Source of the DNA: Phoronis australis
Lineage: Eukaryota > Animalia > Phoronida
Length of the DNA: 64,000 nt
Reading direction: 5' to 3'
Assembly: GCA_002633005.1 (NCBI GenBank)
Contig: NMRA01000569.1
Location: 1-64,000 of the forward strand
Each line of letters starts with the position of its first letter. Position 1 is the first letter of the stretch. The notes beneath the pieces are model-generated. The model worked only from the letters and a program-made list of their open reading frames with translations, did not search any database and was not told where the DNA came from. Shown here one piece after another: positions 26,460-39,332 of this stretch. The position numbers and the translations under genes were made by a program.

Positions 26460-26608
26460 TACTTTACATGAACTCGAGGTGTACCGATCATGCTTGTCGT
26501 GAGTACGTGAACTTTACATGAACTCTAGGTGTACCTATCATGCTTGTCGTGAGTACGTGAACTTTACATGAACTCGAGGTGTACCTATCATGCTTGTCGT
26601 GAATACGC
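26460..26608. repeat. 50-bp tandem repeat, 3 copies
   Basis: actttacatgaactcgaggtgtacctatcatgcttgtcgtgagtacgtga repeated three times. Confidence 0.9.
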
Positions 26609-29600
26609 ATGAGGCTATTCATCTGTTGGTGACAACTTGCACAAAAAATTTTGCATTGAAATGTCAGGACAGATTCTGCTTTTGAACGACGAGTTAAGCG
26701 AAAACGACTTAAAAACGACTACTTGTGCACGTACTTGTAATCGGGACCAAGAAAAAGTGACATCTTATGTAGACGAGTTTTTAACGAGGTCACTTGTATA
26801 CCTTCTTATTGTAACGCAAACTCCTTGTTGCCTAAAAGGAGTTTATGCTTTTGTCACCTGGCATGTGATCTTTTAAAATTAGATGCCGTGCAGCACTTGA
26901 TCAACACAAGGAGGCTTTTGATAGAAAAACTTGGCAGTGGTGGCACTTAACATTTCAGTTACATTAGTTTTGTACACTTTGTTTGTTCTTTGTTAAAATG
27001 TTTGAGAACAACCTCCTGTGTGCAGTGAGCTGACACCGTCCCTTGTCGTTACCTTTTGATAGAGTGAGCTGGTTTAACGTATAAGTATACACTGTGAACT
27101 GTTGTAATTATATGAAGATATTAATATACACCAGTGTTAGCAATGCATGTTTTGTCAGTTTATCTTTCAATGCATTGAGACATAGTGATACTGCAAGCTT
27201 GTCAAAAATGTTCCCCAAACTCTGGGATGATGTACATAAAATTTCAACCAAGTGTAAACAACTGAGTGTAACTGGGTTGTGGAACAGTTTCCAAGTCTAG
27301 TGTACCAGTCACATGTATAACTTAATCATGCATCAGAACCACTTAATCATCTTGAACAGCATATTGCTGTCGTCTTTATTCAGTGTCAGCAGCAAAATCT
27401 CCTAACTCTTTAAAAGATCTTGAAATTTATGCATGTTTCTATGAATACGTTGATGAATGGAAAACATCTTTCGAACAAAGTTGGGTTCTGTCCTGATATC
27501 TAGTCGTAATTTTATATTATTTTATTTTTGCATTTAGTGCAATGTTCCTCGGTGGTTCTCCACGAAACTTGGCATTATGTTTTAACTACTTTGAGATCAT
27601 GTTGCGAAACAGTATTTGGATAGCTTCGTCTTGTGTCCATAGTGGTATTTTTCATATCTTGGGTTCTGTGCCTATTAACAGGATCATGACTGACATTGCT
27701 TTGCGAATGAATCAGAAAACTGCTATCATCCCAATTAACCATTTTAAGTTGATGGTGCCTCAATGTCTACCAAGAACAATGAAGAGTTGTGAAATTTGAT
27801 CAATAGATTTCTACTTTGGAGAGCATAGGTATAGGTGATGTTGATTTTTGGACAAATCTGACGACTATGGCCACTGGCGTCGGTTTCATTTTTGCTGTGT
27901 TTCTACACCTTCACATTTTGTATGGCTTCATCTCGTGGCAATTTAATGATTTTTTGTCATCTGCCTATCTGTGGTTAAAAATCATTATGAACTTTGACAA
28001 AGGTGCTTCTTCATACAGAAACCTGGACAATGTTGATTTTTGTAGTTTTCATGAAGCTTAACACACAAGATTTTTTCTAGCAGAGAACAGCACTCGCTCA
28101 TTTCTAGACATTTCCAACTTGTGTTGCGTCCCCTGGTGGCAAGTTTATTAGTTTAACATTTCATTTTGTATTTGCCAAGTGAGTTTCTATTAAGGTGGGC
28201 ATAATTGGCAGAGAGTACTGGCTAAATCCGACTATTGCAATGTAATGCCACTCAGTGGTAATGTTTTTAGCTTATAAGCTGGTTGGGGTGACCTCGTGTT
28301 CAGGAAAGGCCATTATCACCGAAGGATCTGGATGAAATTGCCACAAGTAGTACTCTGGGTTGTACAGCATGATGCTCTCATCAGACTCAGGAGTTCCAAC
28401 TAGTTTCAGAAGATTCAGTAACTTTTCTGAAGAACATATATATGTTCTGGAAAGCTGCCAGCCAACTGACCCAATTTCCATGCCAAACACCCATCCTGGT
28501 TGTGTTATTGATGTGAGGACGTTCAGCTGAATGGCCAACCTGGCTGCATCCTCTAATGACAGCTGTCCTCACAGTGTATGTCTCCCATCAGATTTCTGGC
28601 GAAGCAGTCCTCAACAAACAGTATTGTTCAAAACTTGTCCTACAGCGCATCTCAAATTTGGGGAGTCCCAATGCAAAGGTATCCACAAAAAGTTAAAAAC
28701 CAGCCTGGGTATATTGCATCTTCTGCAGTCAGGGTGGTAGAGTGGGGAGATGACATTGTCTGGTTACTTCAGGTCACCAAGTTGCATTTGCCAATTCTCA
28801 GATACTAGCCCTGTATCCAATAGACTTTAAGTTCACTAGTGTTGCTCAAAAATGTGTTGTTCAAAAATGTACACCCTGTATATTTTTGTCTTTTTGCGAT
28901 GCACACATTCCAGAGACAAGTCCAAAGAAATGTGACTTGCAAATAAAAGAATAGTTAAACATGACTATAACTTTACTGACCAGCATAAATTAATGACATA
29001 ATAATAATAATGAGATATTTTTACAGTTTTCAAAAAGATAGCATGTTATCACAAACATTTATCCATTTTCACATATTGCAGTTTTGCTCATCTACTTGGT
29101 TGGTATTCAAACCAAAGTGGGATTGTAAGGAAAGGCTAATATCCGAGTGTTAGATAGACAGTAGTAAACTGCTAAGAACAACACATTGAAATACACGTTA
29201 TTTAACTTGTTACTTAATAGAAGAATTGATAGAAATATAAAAACATCAATAGGCACCAGGTTTTCTTACTTTAAATATTCAAGTGTTGAAAAAAAATAAC
29301 AGTGTTAAATTTAATAGCCTCAACAGCTTGGAATCTTGATAAGTTATTATTCACTAAAAATAAAAGCACAATAAAATTATTATCGAGAAGTGAATTATAC
29401 ATAGACTGTTCAACAAGGTGTCTTGTTGATAAACACTGACAAGTAATTCTATTGGCACACCGTAAGAGTGCAGTTGATATGCAGATCCAGGTAAAATTAG
29501 GCAAAAAGTAGCTATACATGCAACACTACTATGTTCAAGACCAAACACGTTTTGAATAACAACAGCTCAATGCTCATAAAAAGTAATGAAAATTATGTAT

Positions 29601-30292
29601 TTATTCAGGTTTAATATTTTCACACAGATCAATTAAAATCTGGAATGAAAGGAGGCGTGAGACCCGAATGTTGTACAAGGCAGACAACTTGGGAACATGG
29701 TTGTCAATAAGGAATTTAAATAAAAACAAAACATTTAGTGATGCAGGTCTCTTCAAGTGCATAATGTTCGAAACTAAATTTTACCAACACTTTACCACAA
29801 ACATGACATACACATGCCTGTGTATAAAAGCTAGTCAAAACAAATTATCAACACAAAAACTTTACCAAAGGCCAAAGTTACACCTTGAATGCATCTTAAC
29901 CCATGGTAACTCTACCTGATTATTTAAGCACCTACAGTGGTTAGAACCACCAGCATTTATAAATATATGACCACCATTATTTCAGGCATACCAAAACACG
30001 TGGAATCGAGTAAAAGCTGTAACTAACCTTTCCTCCTTGTTATCTAAAAGCTGTCAACATTTTACAATAACTAACTATTATAAGGTTTCACAGAGTGTTC
30101 TAGATTGTAGAAGAAAAAACTTGGAAAAATTTTTAGAGCTTGGTTTTCCACCATCTGTTAAGACATTATACGTTTCCACCCATATCAATAACAAATGTTT
30201 GGAACATTTGCTGGTGTGGAGAACAAAGAAGATTTTTCAGCCACTCAACTGGCTATCACAGCAGAGCCCCGTTACTGCACTACACCCAATCG

Positions 30293-30395
30293 CTACGTAC
30301 AACAATAGCGATCTCTCTGTTTCTCACTATTCACATATTCAACGACACTAAAGGGAGGATCGGTAGGCTTCCGCGTTTTCTTCATTTTCAGATCT
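30293..30395 (-). CDS. RAB26: RAB26/RAB37-like GTPase last coding exon
   Basis: tttcag|(K)DLKMKKTRKPTDPPFSVVEYVNSEKQRDRYCCT*. Has a C-terminal di-cysteine prenylation motif. Confidence 0.9.
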
Positions 30396-31834
30396 CTGAA
30401 ACAAAAACAGTAAGTTGGGAAGTGTTGAAGACTACTATTGCACCACCAGTCACAACAGATACAACAGTATTGATTATATAACATAAGAAACTTCTATGTA
30501 AATGCACTGAATTTTCAGATATTGCATCAAAAACTCACATTCCGTAAGTAAGAAAATGCGTTGTCACAGACGCTGACACAGGCTTGCAGGTAATATAGGC
30601 AAATATTTATTTAACACAAAGACACTTGCAAACACAGTCATATATCATTGTAAATGCCTTATACTCAAGTTTAAAAGCACTTCTGCCCAAGTTTAAAAGG
30701 ACACAATCAGATCTACAACCGAACAAAATGCATTTTGTGGTTTAGTAGGGGATTACCTTTTGAAGTCATTAGCTTTGAACATAGCTATAGACCTGCAAAA
30801 TCTGTTGTATTATTGGGATTTCATTATAAATCGATGATTTCAAACACAGACTTCCAGTTAACTAAAATCAGCTGTTTTGTTGTAAGGTGCTGTGCAATGG
30901 CCAATGCGGGTGGTGAGTAGTGCTGACCAAAGTCAGAATGAAAAAGACAAAGGCTAATTGCCTGAGTATGTGAGGAAAAAAGAACAAATGGGAGGAGTAA
31001 TCTCTAGACTAAACATTTGAGATGACTAGTTCTAGATTGTTTAATAGGGCACAGTTAGAAACATGATTTGATTTGTCATGAGTATACTCAGCAAAGTCAT
31101 ATCCATCTAGACCGAGATTTAATGCAAGGTGAAATATGAGTTATCTGAAGGCTCAAAAGCACCAACTAGAACAATTGTACCATTGATGGAACTTTGTCAG
31201 AGTTAAGCAAAAGTCAGACCAATACATATCCAATTTAAGTGAGTTTTACTGTATCTACATAACTAGAATTTAACTCTGTAGCAGTATATATTTGCTGTGT
31301 GCAGAAAGTGGCCAGAATTTAATAAATAACTTGATATCAATTTGCCATTGATTTGGTCACATGACTATGCCTGTTTGATAAAATTCAGGCAAAAAATACA
31401 TTCATTAAAAAACAATAAGATAAGCAACATGACCAAATTTCTACTGTGGGATAAAAATATTCAAGAGGAAAAATAATTTTCTAAAATGCTGTTACCATTT
31501 TCAAAACCATTGTTTTGTATTAGTTTCATTCAACGTTTGAGTTCTTTCATAAAAATTCTAAAAGTCCTTGTTTTCAATTAATAGTATCTTAAGCAAAATT
31601 GTAACATTTTAAATACAGAAGCTTACAGCATTTTGGACAACACTGCACTGGTATCTGAGTTTCCTTAGAATTCGATCAGCCATTTCTAAGTTACAATGTT
31701 TTGGAGTTCAGCATGTTTTGACATTTTCTAGGAATAACCTAAAGATTAATATAACTAGAGGAATCTCACTAACAACATAACCCCAAAAGGGAATTAAGTT
31801 AGTAATTTGCCCAACAATAAGAGACATCTCTTAC

Positions 31835-31911
31835 TTTGCAACAGCCATAAAGGCAAGCTCCACATTCAGTCCTGTTTTGGCGCTGGTTTCCATAAATGTA
31901 ACTCCATGGTC
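31835..31911 (-). CDS. RAB26: RAB26/RAB37-like exon 7 (G5 box)
   Basis: cctag|DHGVTFMETSAKTGLNVELAFMAVA(K)|gtaaga. Confidence 0.95.
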
Positions 31912-32188
31912 CTAGGTAACACAAAAGTAATTTTGTGACAGCTATACCAAGAAAATCAGTTGCAATGAACAATGTTGCAATGCTTATGCTTTAAAGCTTA
32001 TTTTGAAACCAAAATAATCTCAATCAATAAGAACTTTGGACTGTCTACAGCTAAAGAATCTTAACATTTTTTTTTTAAATAACAACAAGTCATGGTACAG
32101 CCCCGTCCAGTGCAGATTTAAAATAACGAAATAACAACAGTTAAAACAAGAATGAGTGAAAGATGCAATGAATTAGTTGAGTAACTAC

Positions 32189-32311
32189 CCTCGCCAGCCT
32201 TTCTCCATCTTCCTTGCGTATTACTCTTTCCGCTGCCATGTCTGCTTTATTTCCAAGCAACATTATAACCACATCATCTTGAGCATATTCATTGATTTCT
32301 GTCAACCATGC
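32189..32311 (-). CDS. RAB26: RAB26/RAB37-like exon 6 (G4 box)
   Basis: ttttag|AWLTEINEYAQDDVVIMLLGNKADMAAERVIRKEDGERLAR|gtagtt. Confidence 0.95.
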
Positions 32312-32559
32312 CTAAAATAAAACAAAGGCAGGTTTTAATGATTGCAAGTACATATAACTTAATTATGTTCGACACATTCAACAGTTAACATAAAGCTGAC
32401 TATTATCAACTAAAAACTGGTTTATAGAATGTGATCAAGACACTGTCAGAAGAAAATATATTATTGCTTAGCATACAACAAGGTAATTTGCCAGAAAAAG
32501 TGACAACTTTCACAGGTAAGTGACAACTTGCACAGGTAAGTCTTTGAAATGGAAAAGCT

Positions 32560-33097
32560 TTCTCTGCCAAAAATACTGAAAAAATGAAAATGGCCACTAG
32601 ATAGTGATCGAATCCGCTAAAAAATTAATTTGTGCCAATGCATTGTCATCAAATACCTCTGCGTCAAATTCTGTTGATATATATACATGTTTGTTATTAT
32701 CATTCGGAAAATTTTCCCCCAAAAAATACTGAAAAGCCTAGTCCCAGGGCAGGGTAAATTGAAAAGTCCCATGCACTGCGCTAGAGATGCACTTCATCTC
32801 ACTAATAGGTGCCTACATACGAATTTCATGAAAATCTGTTCAGGACTTTTGAAGATGCAATGGTAAGCATAAAAAACTAAAATTGCCACTAGGAGGCACA
32901 CCGGTAGTCAGATCCGTCCAAAAGTTCGCTCATGCCGTCCCATTCATGAATGGAACATATGTGCCAAATTTTATGAACGTAAGTCAAAGGGTTTTGGAGA
33001 TAAAGCAGCGGACGCAGGGCACCGGACGGACGCCGCCCGGACAGACGGAGATGACGGCATAATGCGTCCACGTATAAATATGTGGGCGCATAAAAAC
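32560..33097 (+). mobile_element. Non-autonomous Helentron/HINE-like repeat
   Basis: Repeated aaatttcatgaaaatc-like modules, a ggac/cgga low-complexity tract, and a 3' stem-loop gcgtccacgta-(taaa)-tatgtgggcgc followed by an A-run. Related modules occur at ~220-720 and ~35860-36340. Confidence 0.45.
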
Positions 33098-33414
33098 TGA
33101 TATTCTTGTCAGTTGCTATTAAACTGCAACTGCTTCAGCCAATCACACTAAACTGTAGACAGCTGTAGTCATCTCAATACATTTGGACACAAAACAAATT
33201 TTCAAAATCAATAATGATCACAAACAGAACGTGTGCACAAAAGTAGTCCCCATAGGTCTGCCAGCTTAGTTGTCTGGTAAAAAGCTTTGCAGGAAATTAA
33301 AACACACATTTGTAACTAACAGAATAAACAAAACCGAATTCAGAAGTTTCATACTGAAACGATAAAACTCGCATCTTTATGTTATGGTGAAAAACCATGA
33401 TTTTAGGGAAAACA

Positions 33415-33766
33415 GTTACAAGGTTACAAACTTCAATGAATCACATTCATGCCCACAAGAATTTTGTTTAATAATCAAGAATTTTAAAAATGGAAGGCTC
33501 AATGGGTTGAAAATTAGTAAGTACTTGAAAAGATAATTAGATAATTTTGATTAGTGCTCATAAATATAGGAAGTTATCTTAAAAATCCAATTATCGGTTA
33601 CAAATTTCAAGAAATCATATTCATGCCCACAAGAATTTTGTTTGATAATCAAGAATTTTAAAAATGGAAGGCTCAATGGGTTGAAAATCAGTGAGTACTT
33701 TAAAAGATAATAAGATAATTTTGATTAGTGCTCATAAAGGTAGGAAGTTATCTTAAAAATCCAATT
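33415..33766. repeat. ~175-bp tandem duplication
   Basis: ggttacaaa..attcatgcccacaagaattttgttt..ggaagttatcttaaaaatccaatt occurs twice. Confidence 0.85.
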
Positions 33767-33823
33767 GTCAGTTATAATTGAAGATCAGTTACTGAGCACT
33801 GCCCAGTCACCAATAGTGCTTAC

Positions 33824-33876
33824 CCTGATGTTATCAAAGCTGGATTTACTCGTCACATCGTACAATAAGAGGAGAG
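33824..33876 (-). CDS. RAB26: RAB26/RAB37-like exon 5
   Basis: tttcag|(A)LLLLYDVTSKSSFDNIR|gtaagc. Confidence 0.95.
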
Positions 33877-36699
33877 CTGAAAGTAGTATGATACGACAAA
33901 AAAATTTAAGACAATCAGTTTCTTCCAAGCAAAACATTGTATCAGCTGCAGCAGTCCATGGTGAAAAATTTCAAGGCGTAAGTCAAGGCTAATGTTTGTA
34001 ATATAATTTGACTTTTCAACATGGCAACTTGAATTTTATCGGTGTCCTGCAAGTAAACATAACTAACAATTCAGCATTCTCAGCAACTTGTTTCAACTTG
34101 TCTCAGAAATGAGTTTGGATTTTGCTGTGCCGAGTTTGGCTCATCTGCATAGTTTGAAAAACAATATGAGTTTTCAGTTAAGGGAAACTAGTCATTTGTA
34201 AAGAAAATCAACAATTTCAAGCATCGGTGAATTGCTTTAGATATAAACTCCACCCAGGATGAACACATTGAGTTTGAATTTTCTATACTGGAGAACACTG
34301 AACATGGACATGTTCAGATTTCCTTTCACACGTGAATTAATTTTAATCAGTTTATGCATTACTTATAGCAATAAGAGCACAGCCGCCGTGAACATCTAAA
34401 TCCAAAATCTTATTGGAGAAAAACATAGACATGCATGTGATCATGGTGCAGCAATTAAACATAGACATGCATGTGATCATGGTGCAGCAATTAAACATAG
34501 ACATGCATGTGATCATGGTGCAGCAATTAACAATAAAGAAATGTCTGAAACAGAGGGTTACAACAAAGTAAGCAGTTGTATGTTGAGAATGAGGCCAGAA
34601 GTTACACAGGCACAACTCATGCTACGCCATAGAGGGACAGGGGTCATTGTCTGCCATTTTGTACAATTAATTGGATAAAAACATATGCGCTATACGAAAG
34701 TTACCCATGTTCAATGATTTGTCAAAATAACATCAAATAGTAGAATTTCTGTAATTTCATATTGTGAGCCCAATAAAATTCATCTTGTACTGAGGACATA
34801 AGTCAAACTTTCAAATACTACCTGAAATTTGTTCACAAAATTGCATCCTAATCTGTGGCCTTGCTTTTTCCAAACAAAGAAAAGTACATGGTAACAAGAT
34901 ATGGAGCCAAGTCATTTTCTCATCTTCAAATTCTTTACATTGTTTGCGAAGACAAAATCTAGCCACAAAGAAAGCACTCAATGGAGTCATCCGTACTGAT
35001 GCTATGACCTTGTTAAATTAGGAACACAAACAAGTTGGATGCAAAAGTAATTAAAATGATCTAAATGCTAAAAATTTAATGGAGATTTTTAAAAAGACAT
35101 GCGAACAGTGTCCTTAACTGGGCAGTTCACTTTTGTAATAAAAGTTATTTTTGTAAGTTTTTTTGTTAAGTTCCTTATGTAAAAGTTTTGGCATTAGTTC
35201 CACTGCAACTGCTTGATAAAAACTGCTATATAATAATAATAATAATGTCGCATTTTGTAATTCATTCAATTAAGGTTGAAACTATTTCATCTTCTTTGGA
35301 ATTGCCAGAACAAAAAGCCTCAAAGGTCACTGACAACACAATTCCAAACTTGAATAGACTGCTTACATGTACGAGATCAGAGACAGGGCCCGATAGACAA
35401 ATATGCACAACCATTAAATAACCATGGTGATTAGAATGTACAACAGCGCAGAATAGTCAACAATTTGACATTGTACACTGAAAAGAAAGCCAAATTTGAA
35501 ATACCTCTTTTTCACTGCTGCAAAATGTCATAATTAATCCTTTAGTCTTCAATGTTCACTCAGGTTTCAAAAAGTTGAATAAATAACTGGTATATAGTTC
35601 AGCTTATAAAAAGTAAATCATTACGTCCAAAAGTATATTAACTGCTCTACACCGACTGGCTTTCCTTTCACAAAACTTTTCTCACAAGATGATGAAAAAG
35701 TGGACAAACGGTTGTATAAGTAATTAGATAAGAATGAAAATGAGCGACAGTTGTAAACATGCAATCCAGCAAAGGCAAAGTTCAGCAAATCAAGCTCAAT
35801 ATTAACATGACCAGCGCGGTGTATTGAAATGCATCCATGACTGCACAACAAACAATGTGCTTCTAGGGGTGTCTATTGGTCTCATAAAAATATGTGAGAC
35901 ATGTCAAAAAATGCAAGGATGTCGTTGCCTACTTAACAGAAACCTATTTACCAACTTTCATGAAAATCCGTCAAGGAATTTCAAAGATATGGAGGCAAAC
36001 GAAAAACTGCCACAAGGAATCACAGTAATAGTTGTATCTGTCTGAAAGAGGTTGTCATCCGTCATTGCGAACACAGGAATAAGCATGCCAAATTTTACAA
36101 AGATCCTGCTGAAAGAGTTTAGGAAATACAGCTGCAGATGCAAAAACTAAAACATAATTGCCACCAGGGGGCACCAAGTTGGTCGAATCCAGTCAATCAT
36201 ACGTCCTTTTGTCAGTAGGAGCATGTCTGTCAATTTTTATAGAGATCTTTAGAACGATTGCTGGGCAGTGAGGCTGATGGTAAATAATAAGAACAATACC
36301 CAGCCTTGATATGCACGAACCCCTGTGGTGCAGACACAAGGAAAGATCATTATTTCAAACATACCTACTAAAGGTAACAATACTGATAAACTTTAAATTA
36401 CATATAGGTGTGCAAAATAAAGTTAATAATGCTCTCCTCCATAGGAACACACCTGCCAACTGTCATCATCATTTTTCAAGTTCTTTGGAGGACAGGGAGG
36501 TGGATGACAAAAAACGGACACAAATACAATAAAAGGACCACAAGGGGGTGCTATGCACGTCAAATTATCTGAAACAGGGCAGGGGCTGTAGTCTCTGTGG
36601 TAATAAGTTATTTGACAAATTTCATGAACATACCTACATCAAGGAACTTGGAAGATATCAAGGCAAATACAAACAAAGAAAACAAAATTGTCAAAAGCA

Positions 36700-37210
36700 A
36701 GGGGGAATCAACAATTGTCCAGACTTCAAAACCAGTCGGCTGGACTGCAAAACCAAATGGCCGTTGATCAAATGTGATGTCCGGCTTCAAAACGCGATGG
36801 CTTCACCCAAAAAACTAGTTGGCTGGACCCAAAACCCAATGGCCGGTGCTATAACCAGTTGGCCGCAGATCAAACATGACAAGCCAGACTTCCTCAGAGA
36901 CTCGCTTTGAATGTCTTGAAGGATTTAAGTGGCATGTAGTGTTTATTTTTTGTACCCGTTTGTTTGTTTTGCTCAAAATCAGCGATTTCTTCAGCCATTG
37001 TGTTTGAGCACCGACCAACCCGTATTAGGTCTGGCCAAACAGTTTTTTTTGGGTGCAGCCATCTGGTTTTGAGGTACCGTCCAACCGTTTTGAAGTCCAA
37101 CCACCAAATTAGAACTTACACTGACCATTGGGTTTTGCAGTCCAGCCAACTGGTTTTGAAGTCAGGGCAAGTGGTTTTGAAATCCTGATCAACTGTCGAT
37201 TCTCTCCTTG
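36700..37210. mobile_element. Fold-back/MITE-like element
   Basis: ~42-bp inverted arms gacttcaaaaccagtcggctggactgcaaaacc (from 36722) and ggttttgcagtccagccaactggttttgaagtc (to 37163), with weaker outer extension. Confidence 0.55.
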
Positions 37211-38256
37211 AAAAGGGGACTCCACAACTCGGCTTTGTCCAAAAATCGACAACAGTTGTAGTCTCCTCATTAGAAAGATCAAGGTACTTCGCAGACATTG
37301 AGCCACAGGCAAAAAAACAAAATTGTCATAACAAGGCACCACAACAGTCAGACCCGTCCGAAAATTATCATCAGACATACTCTTCCTCGTTGGAACACAT
37401 TTTCATGATTCTTAGAATAATTTGGCCGATAAAGACACTAAGGCCAAAACCCAGATTCAAAATCATAAAAATGGCTACTAGATTCAGCTTATGTAACAAG
37501 CCGAATCCAAACTAAAATAGGAAGGGTTCATCGTCTCCTTAATAGAAACCTACTTCTCATACTTCAAAGAAGTCCGTCAAAGAACACCAAAGATACAGAA
37601 GCATGTGTAAAAAATGCAAGTGCCACAAGGGGGGCAGCAGCAGTCAGGTCAGTTGCCAAGGGTTTAGGAGATGCAGTAACGGATGCTGGACACTCAGATG
37701 GTAGACATCCAGCGATAATAGCAATATGTGACCAAACATCTCTGTGAGGGCACATAAAAACTGCTGTGCTTAGTTCGATGACTGAACTGCAGCGAAAGGG
37801 TTGCATCAATTTTATTAGTATTTAGATAGACTTCCAGTTGTTTTGAAAGCACAAAGCAAAACATGAGCACAACAGGTAGAGAGCTTAATAACTAAATTAT
37901 TACCTGTTACTATAATTACAACACACAACAGGCGAGTTAAAACACATATGCCTAAGACCATGAAACTTTACTCAAGACTAAACTGACCAATCACATTAAG
38001 TGAAATTTGAAGAGTGCAACGTGATCGGTGAATTTTTCCCAAGTCTCAGGTAAAATCTGGTGATCTCGGGCTGTGATATGGCAGGAAAATGCTACAAAAT
38101 GGCAGACAAGAAATATTTAATGACTATCACAACACTCCAAGCACAGACATTGGAGGTTGACTGTAGAGCAGTCAGCTATGTGAACTATCTGATATTGGTG
38201 AGGTTACGTATGTAATAAGAGTGAGTGGGTAGTGAAGACTTTGTTAGAGGAAATAC

Positions 38257-38323
38257 CATGGGCATCTCTATAGTATGCATGGGTCATGCTGCGAAATCTC
38301 TCCTGCCCCGCAGTGTCCCAGAT
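38257..38323 (-). CDS. RAB26: RAB26/RAB37-like switch-II exon 4B (mutually exclusive copy)
   Basis: ttttag|[22 protein letters not shown](A)|gtattt, 67 nt. Confidence 0.92.
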
Positions 38324-38852
38324 CTAAAATGACAAAAAGCAAGTCATAGACGGTACATTTAATGGATGTACACAAGGATATGTTGTTGGTTGTCACTGGG
38401 TACAATCTCGTCTGACAACAGTCTACCTAAGTCTATAGTCTATCTAAGTCCAGTGTTCACACGCATCAGTTTTAAGGAGCACAGTCAATAGATTGCTTGA
38501 CCCCGATGCAGCAATGAAACAATGCCTCCAGAAAAGTTGAGCAAACCTGATTTTTGATTTTGTTAAATATGAACTGGCACAGTTAAGAGCTAAGGAGCCA
38601 TTTTTACTCATGCATAACAGACATGTAATGCATGGTTTACCAGCTGCTGTAAAGATGTTCCAGTTCAACGACCAACTAGTGTGACAAGGGTTGTCATGCT
38701 GGGGGTATTGGACAACTAGGACAGTCACATTCAGACTGTGAATAGAATAACAAAATATGAAAACACCAGATAGAGTGCTTGCCACACATGTGACTATTGC
38801 AGTGACATGCACAGACAGACATTATACAGTCATGACCAGATTGTACCCACTA

Positions 38853-38945
<93 letters not shown>

Positions 38946-39290
38946 CTAGAAGCAACTCACACGGGTCATTCCAGCAATATTACCAATCCACACCAAGGGG
39001 TGGTACCATTACACATCACCATGGCAGCTACTACTCCACTAAAGAGAACTGAATACTCCTAACAAAACATGCTTTTCTCATATAACTGTTCACACTGCAT
39101 TCCCAACTTTTTCATTTCTTATTCCGCAAATTTTCAATATTGCACTTTTAAATTTTTTCCATGCTTACATGCAAACAATGTCTGATGGCAGGAACATGAA
39201 TGTGAAGCCCTTGCCGATTAAACATAGCAAACCTTCCTATCTAATGAGAACTCCTAAAGACACTTTGCGACAATAAACATAAAAACAAAC

Positions 39291-39332
39291 CTGCAATTTC
39301 ACTTTAGTACCATCAACATCAACGACCTTGTT
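39291..39332 (-). CDS. RAB26: RAB26/RAB37-like exon 3
   Basis: ttttag|NKVVDVDGTKVKLQ|gtttgt. Confidence 0.93.
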
